Virus record (IMG/VR): IMGVR_UViG_3300014638_000010
Span: 1-27,158 of that record
Source: a virus
Lineage: Duplodnaviria; Caudoviricetes
Length of the DNA stretch: 27,158 bases
Strand: one strand, 5' to 3'
Position numbers and translations under genes: made by a program. The notes below the pieces were generated by a model that was not told where the DNA came from, made no database searches, and worked only from the letters and a program-made list of their open reading frames with translations. This document shows positions 8,973 to 15,975 of this stretch, one piece after another. Positions within the stretch are counted from its first letter, which is position 1. Every line of letters begins with the position of its first letter.

Positions 8973-9893
8973 CTAGGCGCCGGGCGTGCCGTAGACGCCG
9001 ATGTAGTCGTTCCAGCCGTGCGACTTCTTGTAGCGCATGGCCGTCACCCCGACTTCGGTCTCGTCGTCCGTCCAGGACTTCGAATACTGGCGCTTACGCC
9101 AGAACCACACGAGGCCCGTCCGCGCCGGTTCGCTCGTGATAAACCAGCTGTCCACGTCCGTGAGATAGCGCCACGCGAAGGGCTTGGGAATGCCGTCGGG
9201 CGCCGCGGCCAGCGGGTTCACCGAGCGATCTGCGGTGGTCGGGTCGTCCGTCGACTTGGTCAGCGCGTGGGCGAGCCACATGTTCGACGGGTGGATGATC
9301 AGGTTCCGGGCGACGGCGTGGATGTATTCGCCCGAGGCCCGCTTCATCAGGCTGAACGCCGTGAGCGCCAGCTGGAGCGGGATCATGTCGAGATCCGCCG
9401 CGACCGAGAGGATGTTGCTCTGCACGCCGCCCGCCTTGTAAAGCGGATGCGAGGCCGAGCAGAGCGGCACGCCGTCCGGGCCGTTGTACGATCCGGAGAA
9501 TGCGTTATTGAAGGTCGACACGGCGTCGAGCTCCTGGGTTTCCGAGCAGGACCAGCCAAGATCGCGGTGCAGCTTCCCGATCAGATCCCACTTGTCGTCC
9601 TCGACCATGTCGATCGTGACGGGAACGGAGAGGCCCCAGCGGGAGTGGGTAAACGAGCTCTTGAAGCCCTGGACGGCCATGTCGCGCCGCACGGCCTCGC
9701 CTTCGTTCAGCTGCGAGAAACGGCCCACGCCAGAGACCTGGGTGAACTGTTCGAGCGAGCGGCTCGAAGACAGGATGTTGAAGATGCTCGTGAACTGCGG
9801 CGTGTACTGCTTGTAGCCGTCGTCGACGATGGCGCGGAGCGCCGGCAGCATCGAAGTGCCGTAAAAGTCGCTGAAATTGCCCGTGACTTCCAT
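8973..9893 (-). CDS. Major capsid protein (HK97 fold, Mu gpT-like family)
   Basis: 306 aa; EGEAVRRD, FNNAFS...GPDGVPLCSASHP, LIIHPS, YLTDVDSWFI and YG.PGA end; GAGGAGG SD. Confidence 0.9.
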   Translation of the reverse strand: MEVTGNFSDFYGTSMLPALRAIVDDGYKQYTPQFTSIFNILSSSRSLEQFTQVSGVGRFSQLNEGEAVRRDMAVQGFKSSFTHSRWGLSVPVTIDMVEDDKWDLIGKLHRDLGWSCSETQELDAVSTFNNAFSGSYNGPDGVPLCSASHPLYKAGGVQSNILSVAADLDMIPLQLALTAFSLMKRASGEYIHAVARNLIIHPSNMWLAHALTKSTDDPTTADRSVNPLAAAPDGIPKPFAWRYLTDVDSWFITSEPARTGLVWFWRKRQYSKSWTDDETEVGVTAMRYKKSHGWNDYIGVYGTPGA

Positions 9894-9943
9894 TTCGAAA
9901 TCCTCCTCTGACTCTTTCCCGTTCGCTGCCGCGTTCGCGCGGT

Positions 9944-10492
9944 TTAGGTCGCCGTGACCGCCTTGCTGTTCAAGTGCTTGTTGATCGTGATCTCGACGCG
10001 CCCATACACACCATAGGCGTTCGTCGGATCGTTGTGCAGACGCAGGATGCGGACATCGAGCGTACTGGTCACGGCGATCGTCGATTCCGTGAGCTGCACG
10101 CCAGAGTTATCGCGCGTCACGCCGGCGCCGGCCGTGCCCGTGTAGTTCAGGTTCGCGTTGTAGCCCATGGTGGCGGCCGCGATGACGTTCGAGCCCGAGC
10201 CCGACCCGTCGCCCTGGATATCGAAGAGGGCCCCCGGGTCGTCCATCACGAGGATGGTCGCAGCCGTCGAGGCGAGCGAGAACGCAAGCGCCACTCCGCT
10301 CAGGTAAGTCGTTCCGGCCGTGAGGCCGCTGGCGGGTCCGTTCAGGACGCCGGCGAGTTGCGTGACCGGGTCCCACTTATAGATCGGATAGCCGTAGCCC
10401 GAGGCCTTCGTGTACCCGAAGATGTTCGGGTTGCCGCCGCTGGTCGTCCGCATCAGCGGGCGCAGGCCGTAGGGATTGTTGACGTTCGCCAT
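9944..10492 (-). CDS. Capsid decoration/minor head protein
   Basis: MANVNNPYGLRP start, VMDDPGALFDIQ and V.INKH motifs typical of the gene just upstream of this capsid type; GAGGAGG SD. Confidence 0.75.
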   Translation of the reverse strand: MANVNNPYGLRPLMRTTSGGNPNIFGYTKASGYGYPIYKWDPVTQLAGVLNGPASGLTAGTTYLSGVALAFSLASTAATILVMDDPGALFDIQGDGSGSGSNVIAAATMGYNANLNYTGTAGAGVTRDNSGVQLTESTIAVTSTLDVRILRLHNDPTNAYGVYGRVEITINKHLNSKAVTAT

Positions 10493-10494
10493 TT

Positions 10495-10596
10495 CGGAAC
10501 CCTCCTCGAGCTAAAAACCTGTTTGTGGTTTGCGTAGCTCGGTGGGGTTCCGCGCCGTCCGGTTCGCCTGGGAGAGTCGCTCTCACCTGTGAACCG
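10495..10596 (-). promoter_or_regulatory. Two-hairpin structured 5' leader of the head genes
   Basis: Hairpin 10560-10596 (CGGTTC/GAACCG, GAGAG/CTCTC) and hairpin 10495-10552 (CGGAACCC/GGGTTCCG, CGAGCTA/TAGCTCG, AAACC/GGTTT) enclosing the SD. Confidence 0.65.
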
Positions 10597-10611
10597 CGTT
10601 TCTGACTCTAT

Positions 10612-10617
10612 ATTGCC
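10612..10617 (-). promoter_or_regulatory. GGCAAT(AT) putative late -10 element upstream of the structured leader
   Basis: TCGAAA-N15-GGCAATATAGAGTC; shares CGGCAATATA.AG.C with the scaffold-gene site. Confidence 0.6.
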
Positions 10618-10624
10618 GGGCCTT

Positions 10625-11434
10625 TTATGAGTTTTCGAAGCCGCCGACCCGCGGGACTTCTTCGCGCATGAAATCCGGATCGTCGGTTTCGCGCGAGTCT
10701 CCGTGCACGGTCTGAAAGCCTTCGTGCTCGTCGACGCGGCGCCGGCGCTTAATGTCGCGCATGTTCTTTTCGCTGATGACCTGGTCGCGCAGCTCGGCGA
10801 CGCGATCCTGCGCATCGACCATCTGCTCTTTGGCCCTCGATTGGAAGAATTTGTCGCGCTTGATGGCCCGATCCTCGCTCATCTTTCCGAGCATCATGTT
10901 GCCAAGCTTCACAATCGTCTCGACGCCTTTGACCATGACCTTGACTGGCTCCCAGCCGCGCCATCCGTCGCGATCGACCTTCGCCTGGGAGAGATACCGG
11001 TATCGCGTGCCGGGCTGCTCGTGCGCCTTTTTCGTCTCGATCAGCGGGTCCACGCCGCCTTCCCACGGCTCGACGTTCGCTTTCAGTCCGTCTTCGAACT
11101 TGTCGAAGATCTGCTTGTCCTCTTCGTGCCGGGTGAACTGCACCGCCGGCTGGTTCTCCATGCGCTGAGCGATCGCCTGGTCTGTGTAGTGATAGAGGAG
11201 TTTGGTGCGGATCTCCGGGGGAATCGGCTGGCCGTTCAGGGTCAATTTGTCCCAGTCGACTTCGCCCTCGGCGAGAGGAGGATTATAATCCCCTCCGAAA
11301 CGCTTGGACTCGCCGACGCCCTGCGACATGGGCGCCTTTGCGATCGCGGCCTTTTTTTTGGCCGCCATCCGCGCGCCGAAATTCTCCGGAGCCGCCGCGG
11401 CTTGCAAAACTTCGGTCGGGTTAGGGTTAGCCAC
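10625..11434 (-). CDS. Conserved head-module hypothetical protein between scaffold and capsid genes
   Basis: Start revised to GTG 11434 (GAGGAG SD, overlaps scaffold stop); PG.RYRY....GWEPV...MMLGKM.E.RA..R motif. Confidence 0.7.
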   Translation of the reverse strand: MANPNPTEVLQAAAAPENFGARMAAKKKAAIAKAPMSQGVGESKRFGGDYNPPLAEGEVDWDKLTLNGQPIPPEIRTKLLYHYTDQAIAQRMENQPAVQFTRHEEDKQIFDKFEDGLKANVEPWEGGVDPLIETKKAHEQPGTRYRYLSQAKVDRDGWRGWEPVKVMVKGVETIVKLGNMMLGKMSEDRAIKRDKFFQSRAKEQMVDAQDRVAELRDQVISEKNMRDIKRRRRVDEHEGFQTVHGDSRETDDPDFMREEVPRVGGFENS

Positions 11435-12314
11435 GGCCGTTTCTCCTCTCAAACGGCGATCCCTGGAACTCTTTGAACCGCGCCTCCGTAACGCCGAAGC
11501 GCTGAAGATTCGCGATGATCGCGCGCGACGTTTCCCCGATCTCCGGAGGCGCATCGAGCTGGGTATCGGCGCCGCCGGCGCGAGCTCGCCCGCGACCGGG
11601 TTGTCCTTCCACGCGGTCACGGCGATTCGTGCCCGGTGCGGGATCGACGTTCGTGTCCACGGCTGCGGCCTCCAGTTGCGTCTTCGCCATGCGCGCCGCC
11701 GCGAGCATCAGGCTCCGTCCGGCCGCGCTGTTATGCTTCACACCGGGCGCGTCCTGCATCAGCGCGCGATAGTTGGCCGCCGTCTTCTCGAACAATGGGG
11801 AGTTTGCCGGCTGCCCGGCGTCGACGCGGGCGTTCGCTTCGATCAGCTCCGGAAACTCCGCGCTCAGGCGGCTGTCGAACTGGCGCGCCTGCACATCCAT
11901 GGCGTATTCGCCACGAATGCGCGTTTCAAGGTTCTGAAGCGCGACGGCCAGCTGCTCGCCGGTGATTACGCCTCTTTTCTTGAGCGCTTCGAGGCCGGCC
12001 GCGTTCAGGTCCGTCAGGAAATCGTCGGTCGATTCGCCGGCGGGAGGATTCGCGACCTCGAGGACCGGTTCGGCCGGTTCATCGTCGATCGCCGCGTCGT
12101 CGACCGGCGCCGGCTGACCGCCGCGGGCCCGGTTTGCCCAGAACTGCGCCGCCTCGCGCTGTTCGCGAAGGCTCGCTTCGAGCTCGGCGATCCGTGTCTG
12201 TTCAGGAGTGGGCCCCACTTTCGCAGGCGTCGCGGGAGCTGCGGGAACTTCCCGTCCAATCTCTACTGGGGCGCCCGGGTCGAGAACGACCACCGCGCCT
12301 TCGGTGGGGTGCAT
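11427..12314 (-). CDS. Probable capsid scaffolding protein
   Basis: Acidic Pro/Ala-rich linkers alternating with coiled-coil helices, ..EFPEL.. and a C-terminal helical hairpin; position upstream of the capsid genes. Confidence 0.65.
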   Translation of the reverse strand: MHPTEGAVVVLDPGAPVEIGREVPAAPATPAKVGPTPEQTRIAELEASLREQREAAQFWANRARGGQPAPVDDAAIDDEPAEPVLEVANPPAGESTDDFLTDLNAAGLEALKKRGVITGEQLAVALQNLETRIRGEYAMDVQARQFDSRLSAEFPELIEANARVDAGQPANSPLFEKTAANYRALMQDAPGVKHNSAAGRSLMLAAARMAKTQLEAAAVDTNVDPAPGTNRRDRVEGQPGRGRARAGGADTQLDAPPEIGETSRAIIANLQRFGVTEARFKEFQGSPFERRNGRG

Positions 12315-12320
12315 ACGGCT

Positions 12321-12539
12321 TTATATTGCCGCGGGTTTCTTCCACTTCAAGCCAGCGCGCGTAGCCAGGCGCCTGAGTCGAGCCAGTTCCTTCCGGGCAT
12401 AGAACACTTCCCACTGGAAAGTTTGCAGTTGGTCCCGAAGGCAGCCGTTCAGTTCCAGTTCGCGCTGATACATCGCGAGCCAATGAGCCGCGAGATCCTC
12501 GGGGGTTTTCGGTTCAGGCAATTCCACGCGCCTTTCCAA
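12321..12539 (-). CDS. 72-aa coiled-coil hypothetical protein
   Basis: Fills the gap on the coding strand; TTG start uncertain. Confidence 0.5.
   Translation of the reverse strand: MERRVELPEPKTPEDLAAHWLAMYQRELELNGCLRDQLQTFQWEVFYARKELARLRRLATRAGLKWKKPAAI
12325..12330 (-). promoter_or_regulatory. GGCAAT(AT) putative late -10 element, 10 nt before ATG 12314
   Basis: TGAAG-N14-GGCAATATAAAGCCGT-ATG; no SD. Confidence 0.6.
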
Positions 12540-12867
12540 ACATCGTGCCCTTGAAGAGATGCCGGGTCAGCTCGGTGATCTTGATATCGCAGACCTGGCA
12601 GGCCAGCATGTAGGTCCCGTCGATCATGTGGACCACCATCGGCACGCGCTCGCCCGGGTGCTTATCGGACAGCTTCTCGAAGGTGATGTGGCAGAAGGCG
12701 CACTCTTTCGGAGGGTTCCCGGCGAGGGCGTCAAGCGCGATAAGATGCCGCTCCTGGCACTTCGGGCAGCGTTCGAGACCGGGCCCGAACAGAACGAAGT
12801 CGCCCTTCGGATACCACTTCCGGCAGTATCGGCACTGCCGGCCGACGATGATAGCAGGCGCGTCCAT
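12514..12867 (-). CDS. Double zinc-finger protein
   Basis: Four CxxC pairs (CRYC, CPKC, CAFC, CQVC). Confidence 0.75.
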   Translation of the reverse strand: MDAPAIIVGRQCRYCRKWYPKGDFVLFGPGLERCPKCQERHLIALDALAGNPPKECAFCHITFEKLSDKHPGERVPMVVHMIDGTYMLACQVCDIKITELTRHLFKGTMFGKARGIA

Positions 12868-12876
12868 GCTCGTCTA

Positions 12877-12882
12877 ATTGCC
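12877..12882 (-). promoter_or_regulatory. GGCAAT(TA) putative late -10 element, 9 nt before ATG 12867
   Basis: CGAAG-N13-GGCAATTAGACGAGC-ATG in a 20-nt intergenic gap; no clear SD. Confidence 0.55.
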
Positions 12883-12887
12883 CGCCG

Positions 12888-13046
12888 TCAGAGCTCTTCG
12901 TCGTCCGATCTGTCCAAGGCCTCTGCCATGACGCGGCTAAGTCCCACCCACGCGATGACCACGAGGGCAACGACGACGACGGTGAGGCCGATCCCGATCG
13001 CGAGCGAGAATGCTGCCGGGTTGCGCACAACCAGGGCCTGGATCAT
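12888..13046 (-). CDS. 52-aa single-pass membrane protein
   Basis: ATG 13046 in ATGA overlap; one long hydrophobic segment and an acidic tail. Confidence 0.7.
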   Translation of the reverse strand: MIQALVVRNPAAFSLAIGIGLTVVVVALVVIAWVGLSRVMAEALDRSDDEEL

Positions 13047-13561
13047 TGGGCCCACCGCGGGGCCAAAGTGAATTTCCAGCCGCCGGTGCTGTTTTTGGTG
13101 CCGGTCAGCGTGGCGCCCCACGCCGTTTTCTTGATGCGTATGTCAACGAACACCTGCCCGCTCGCCACGGCCGCGGTGGAACCGCTCGTTGAGACCGAAC
13201 CGCCTCCGAGCCCGGTGAGTCCGACGGTGATCTGGCCAAACTGATAGAGCGGTTTCGTCACGCCGGCGAGCGTGGCGGATTGGACCTGACCGTTGATGAT
13301 CGTGTACTCCTGCGCGAAGGTCGAATAGGTGCCAGACCCGACGTAGGTCGATTCGCTGTAATACGCGAACTTGCCGTTTGGCGAGGTGAAGCCTCCGCCG
13401 CCGGTGAAGATGAATTTTGGGAGCCACGTCGCCGCGGGGGTTACCGCGGCCGCCGCTCCGGGTGAGGGAGACGGCGCCGCGGCTGGCTGCTGGCCGGAAA
13501 GGAATTGAAACGACCAGCAGAAAAGCAGGATGGCGAAGCTACTGCGTCGAAACCTTGGCAT
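13043..13561 (-). CDS. Exported, probable small outer-membrane beta-barrel protein
   Basis: Signal-peptide-like N-terminus, Pro/Ala linker, then ~8 amphipathic Gly/aromatic strands ending WKFTLAPRWAQ. Confidence 0.55.
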   Translation of the reverse strand: MPRFRRSSFAILLFCWSFQFLSGQQPAAAPSPSPGAAAAVTPAATWLPKFIFTGGGGFTSPNGKFAYYSESTYVGSGTYSTFAQEYTIINGQVQSATLAGVTKPLYQFGQITVGLTGLGGGSVSTSGSTAAVASGQVFVDIRIKKTAWGATLTGTKNSTGGWKFTLAPRWAQ

Positions 13562-14318
13562 ACACCGCCTGGCCGAACATATTCTGCAGGATGGTTTCGC
13601 CCGGAGGCACCGGTTTCGCGGGCAACGGAACCGTTCCGTTTGCCGTGCTCTGGTTGATCTGAGCGGGCGACCACGCGTATCCCTGGCCGTTCACGACCCA
13701 GCTCCCGGGAGCCCCGATGCCCTGGCCGTACATCTCCACCAGCATCAAACCGACGTTGATCGGCAGGGGCGATGGATTGTTGGCCGTTGCCGCCGGCTGG
13801 ATCACGAACACGCGACGGTCTTCGCCCGGAGGGTAGTTGTACTGACCATTCCCAGCGCCGCCGGGAACCGGAACGGTCTGCTCGACGATCTGCCCGGTGA
13901 TCCCGAATTGCGAGCTAAGCTCCGCGAGTAGCTCGACGGCTTGCGCATACGTGCTCAAAGTTTCCGGGTTCATCGGCTCCTGGACCGAGGACGACGGCGA
14001 GCTGATGAAGGCCTGCGTCGCCGCCGGTGTGTATGCCGGGAACTGCGGACGGCCGGGAAGATTGTACAGAGGCGCCCATTTCGCCGGCACGGGAAACGGG
14101 ATGAGCTCGGCAGCTTCGCCCGGAACCGGCAGCCGATAATAGAAAACGTTTCCATTGGCGTCTGGCGCGGGCGGATTCGGATCGGCCCAGGTTTTCGTGG
14201 GGTAAGTCGGATCGGCGATTGTGGTCTCGAAGGGCGGGGCCGCCCGTCGGCAGTCGTCGCGCGTGATGAAATTCGGGAACAGGTTCGTCCCGGTGCTGTC
14301 CATCGCGGTTGGCGTCAT
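13539..14318 (-). CDS. Pro-rich hypothetical protein (259 aa)
   Basis: GAAAGGA SD; long ORF on the coding strand; no motif recognised. Confidence 0.8.
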   Translation of the reverse strand: MTPTAMDSTGTNLFPNFITRDDCRRAAPPFETTIADPTYPTKTWADPNPPAPDANGNVFYYRLPVPGEAAELIPFPVPAKWAPLYNLPGRPQFPAYTPAATQAFISSPSSSVQEPMNPETLSTYAQAVELLAELSSQFGITGQIVEQTVPVPGGAGNGQYNYPPGEDRRVFVIQPAATANNPSPLPINVGLMLVEMYGQGIGAPGSWVVNGQGYAWSPAQINQSTANGTVPLPAKPVPPGETILQNMFGQAVYAKVSTQ

Positions 14319-14346
14319 GTGTTTTCCTTTCGGGTGTGGACCTCGA

Positions 14347-14395
14347 TTGCTAAGGCTTCTGATCTCCGCCGAGCGGGTGGCAGTTGCTAAGGCTT
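14347..14395. repeat. 12-bp direct repeat TTGCTAAGGCTT x2
   Basis: Exact copies at 14347-14358 and 14384-14395 upstream of the 259-aa gene. Confidence 0.8.
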
Positions 14396-14561
14396 TCGAG
14401 GATAGAACGGATGAAGCGCGATGGCGGAATGGTGGCGGACCTTCCGCGGAACCAGCGATCGAAGTTCGTGTTACTCATCTTTTCCCAAGATGTCCCGCCC
14501 TTTTGATGCGTTCCACGGACGTTCCGCGCTCCAATTCTGACGTCTCTTTCCTTGGGTCAGA

Positions 14562-14765
14562 TCATACGCCGACAGGCGCGGATCTGTCAAGCGGTCGCGG
14601 TACTGGCTGGACTGCTCCAGCGTCAAGCCGCGCGCAGGCCTCGCGGCACTTCGAACAAAGATCGTAGAGGTTCCCATCCGCGCCGCGGCCACGCTGGACC
14701 GTTCGATTGCGCGCTGGGCAAGCGTCACACCGCATCCGTTCCGGGCCTCGTTTGTAGCCTTTCAC
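14562..14765 (-). CDS. 67-aa zinc-finger-like protein
   Basis: CDAC...LCSKC; GTGA overlap with the upstream gene. Confidence 0.65.
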   Translation of the reverse strand: MKGYKRGPERMRCDACPARNRTVQRGRGADGNLYDLCSKCREACARLDAGAVQPVPRPLDRSAPVGV

Positions 14766-15025
14766 TGGCCGCCGCCCATCAGGTTCTTTTGCATTGTGCC
14801 GGCTGGTCTCGCAGGAAGCGCCGGAAGTGCGGGGGCTGCCGGGGGCGTCGCGAGCACGGGAGGCTTCTTTTTTTTGAGTGCCTGGTCGGCTTGCTGCTGC
14901 GCGAGCTTCGAAACGTCGATGCCCGCGGGTTGCGACGGCGTCGCTGTCACCGGTGGCGTTCCGCCCTGCGCCGCAGCTTGCTTAAGGGCGCCGCTCCCGA
15001 AGATGAAATCGAGCAAGCTGGGCAT
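14762..15025 (-). CDS. Small Pro/Ala/Lys-rich protein ending TMQKNLMGGGQ
   Basis: Tightly packed on the coding strand; shares the C-terminal motif with its neighbours. Confidence 0.75.
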   Translation of the reverse strand: MPSLLDFIFGSGALKQAAAQGGTPPVTATPSQPAGIDVSKLAQQQADQALKKKKPPVLATPPAAPALPALPARPAGTMQKNLMGGGQ

Positions 15026-15028
15026 CGC

Positions 15029-15307
15029 CTACGACCGAACGGTGGATCCGGCAGCTGCCATGTTCTTCGCGAGTCCCACTGCCTTCGGCATGGTTCCGAG
15101 CTTGGGCTTCGTGATGCCCAGGTGGGCGCGCGCGTCTCCGATCATCTTCTCGTGATCGCCGGGACCGTAAACCCGAGTCTCAGGCGGCTCGTAGCGTCCG
15201 ATCTCCATGCCGCCCTTCTTTGCCGGTTTATCGGCCGGGTGCAGCGTCATCGTATGGCCGCCGTTCGATGCCTTCTCGATCCTCAGACTGGGTCCGGTTC
15301 CTCGCAT
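15029..15307 (-). CDS. Small basic protein ending GLAKNMAAAGSTVRS
   Basis: Starts 1 nt after the upstream stop; LRIEKASNGG.T...H pattern. Confidence 0.75.
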   Translation of the reverse strand: MRGTGPSLRIEKASNGGHTMTLHPADKPAKKGGMEIGRYEPPETRVYGPGDHEKMIGDARAHLGITKPKLGTMPKAVGLAKNMAAAGSTVRS

Positions 15308-15308
15308 G

Positions 15309-15518
15309 CTATTTGCCGCCTTTCATCAAATTCGCGCCGAGCGTCGACGACCTGGTCTTCTTGCGGGCCTTGTCGCGATCGTGTTTCGCCTGCATCTCGC
15401 GGCCTTTGGCCGTTTCCTTGTTTCCGTGCATCGCGCCGATTTTGTTCAGCGTGCCGTAGATGGCGTCGCTGTTGTTGCCGTACTCCGCCTTCAGATCGTC
15501 CTCGAGGAACTTAGGCAT
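15309..15518 (-). CDS. Small basic protein ending STLGANLMKGGK
   Basis: 8-nt overlap with the upstream gene; LKAEYG...IYGTLNKIG.MHGNKET pattern. Confidence 0.8.
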   Translation of the reverse strand: MPKFLEDDLKAEYGNNSDAIYGTLNKIGAMHGNKETAKGREMQAKHDRDKARKKTRSSTLGANLMKGGK

Positions 15519-15720
15519 GGCCCTTCATCAGGTTCGAGCCGAGCGAGGCCGACTTCGGCTTCGCCCCAGCCACGCGCTTGAGCCGCGGGTTCGCTTTTTT
15601 CGCCGCAGGCGAGGCCTCGCGCGTCTTCTTCGCCAGGATGGCGCCAGCAACCTTGGCCGAGTATCCTTCGCGTTCGATCTTGCTCTGGACCGCCTTGAAA
15701 CCCGGGTGCGCGTTCGTCAT
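15511..15720 (-). CDS. Small very basic protein ending ASLGSNLMKGHA
   Basis: AAAGGA SD and ATGA overlap; HPGFKAVQSKI...AGAILA..TR.ASPAAKKANPRLKRV resembles a small phage protein family. Confidence 0.85.
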   Translation of the reverse strand: MTNAHPGFKAVQSKIEREGYSAKVAGAILAKKTREASPAAKKANPRLKRVAGAKPKSASLGSNLMKGHA

Positions 15721-15974
15721 GCTGGTTTTCCTTTCGTCGCCTCTTTGTAGAGCAGCTCGGGCATACCGGCCGCCAGACGCAGGCCCTTTAACATCCCGCG
15801 GATCGCCGCGGTCTCAAGCTCGGTGTGCTGTCGCTCCAAATCCTGCACCTGGACTCCGATTTCGTGCTGCAACCGTCCGAAGGTTAATTGCCAGCCGCGC
15901 CCGTCGAGCAGAGTTTCGAGCGAGTCTGCGTCGCGCGCGTCCATCGAACGGTTTTGTCGATCGATCTTCGCCAT
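15717..15974 (-). CDS. Small helical protein directly downstream of the portal
   Basis: ATG 15974 is 1 nt after the portal stop; L...RGWQL...IRG.L.GL...MPE pattern common in post-portal genes. Confidence 0.7.
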   Translation of the reverse strand: MAKIDRQNRSMDARDADSLETLLDGRGWQLTFGRLQHEIGVQVQDLERQHTELETAAIRGMLKGLRLAAGMPELLYKEATKGKPA

Positions 15975-15975
15975 A

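Noticed and set aside
9929-9942. Hairpin after the decoration gene as an intrinsic terminator
   Set aside because: Only 5 bp with no U-tract on the coding strand, and it would cut off the major capsid gene
14331-14395. Sigma54-like TGGCA/TTGC words
   Set aside because: GG-N10-GC spacing is not met for either copy
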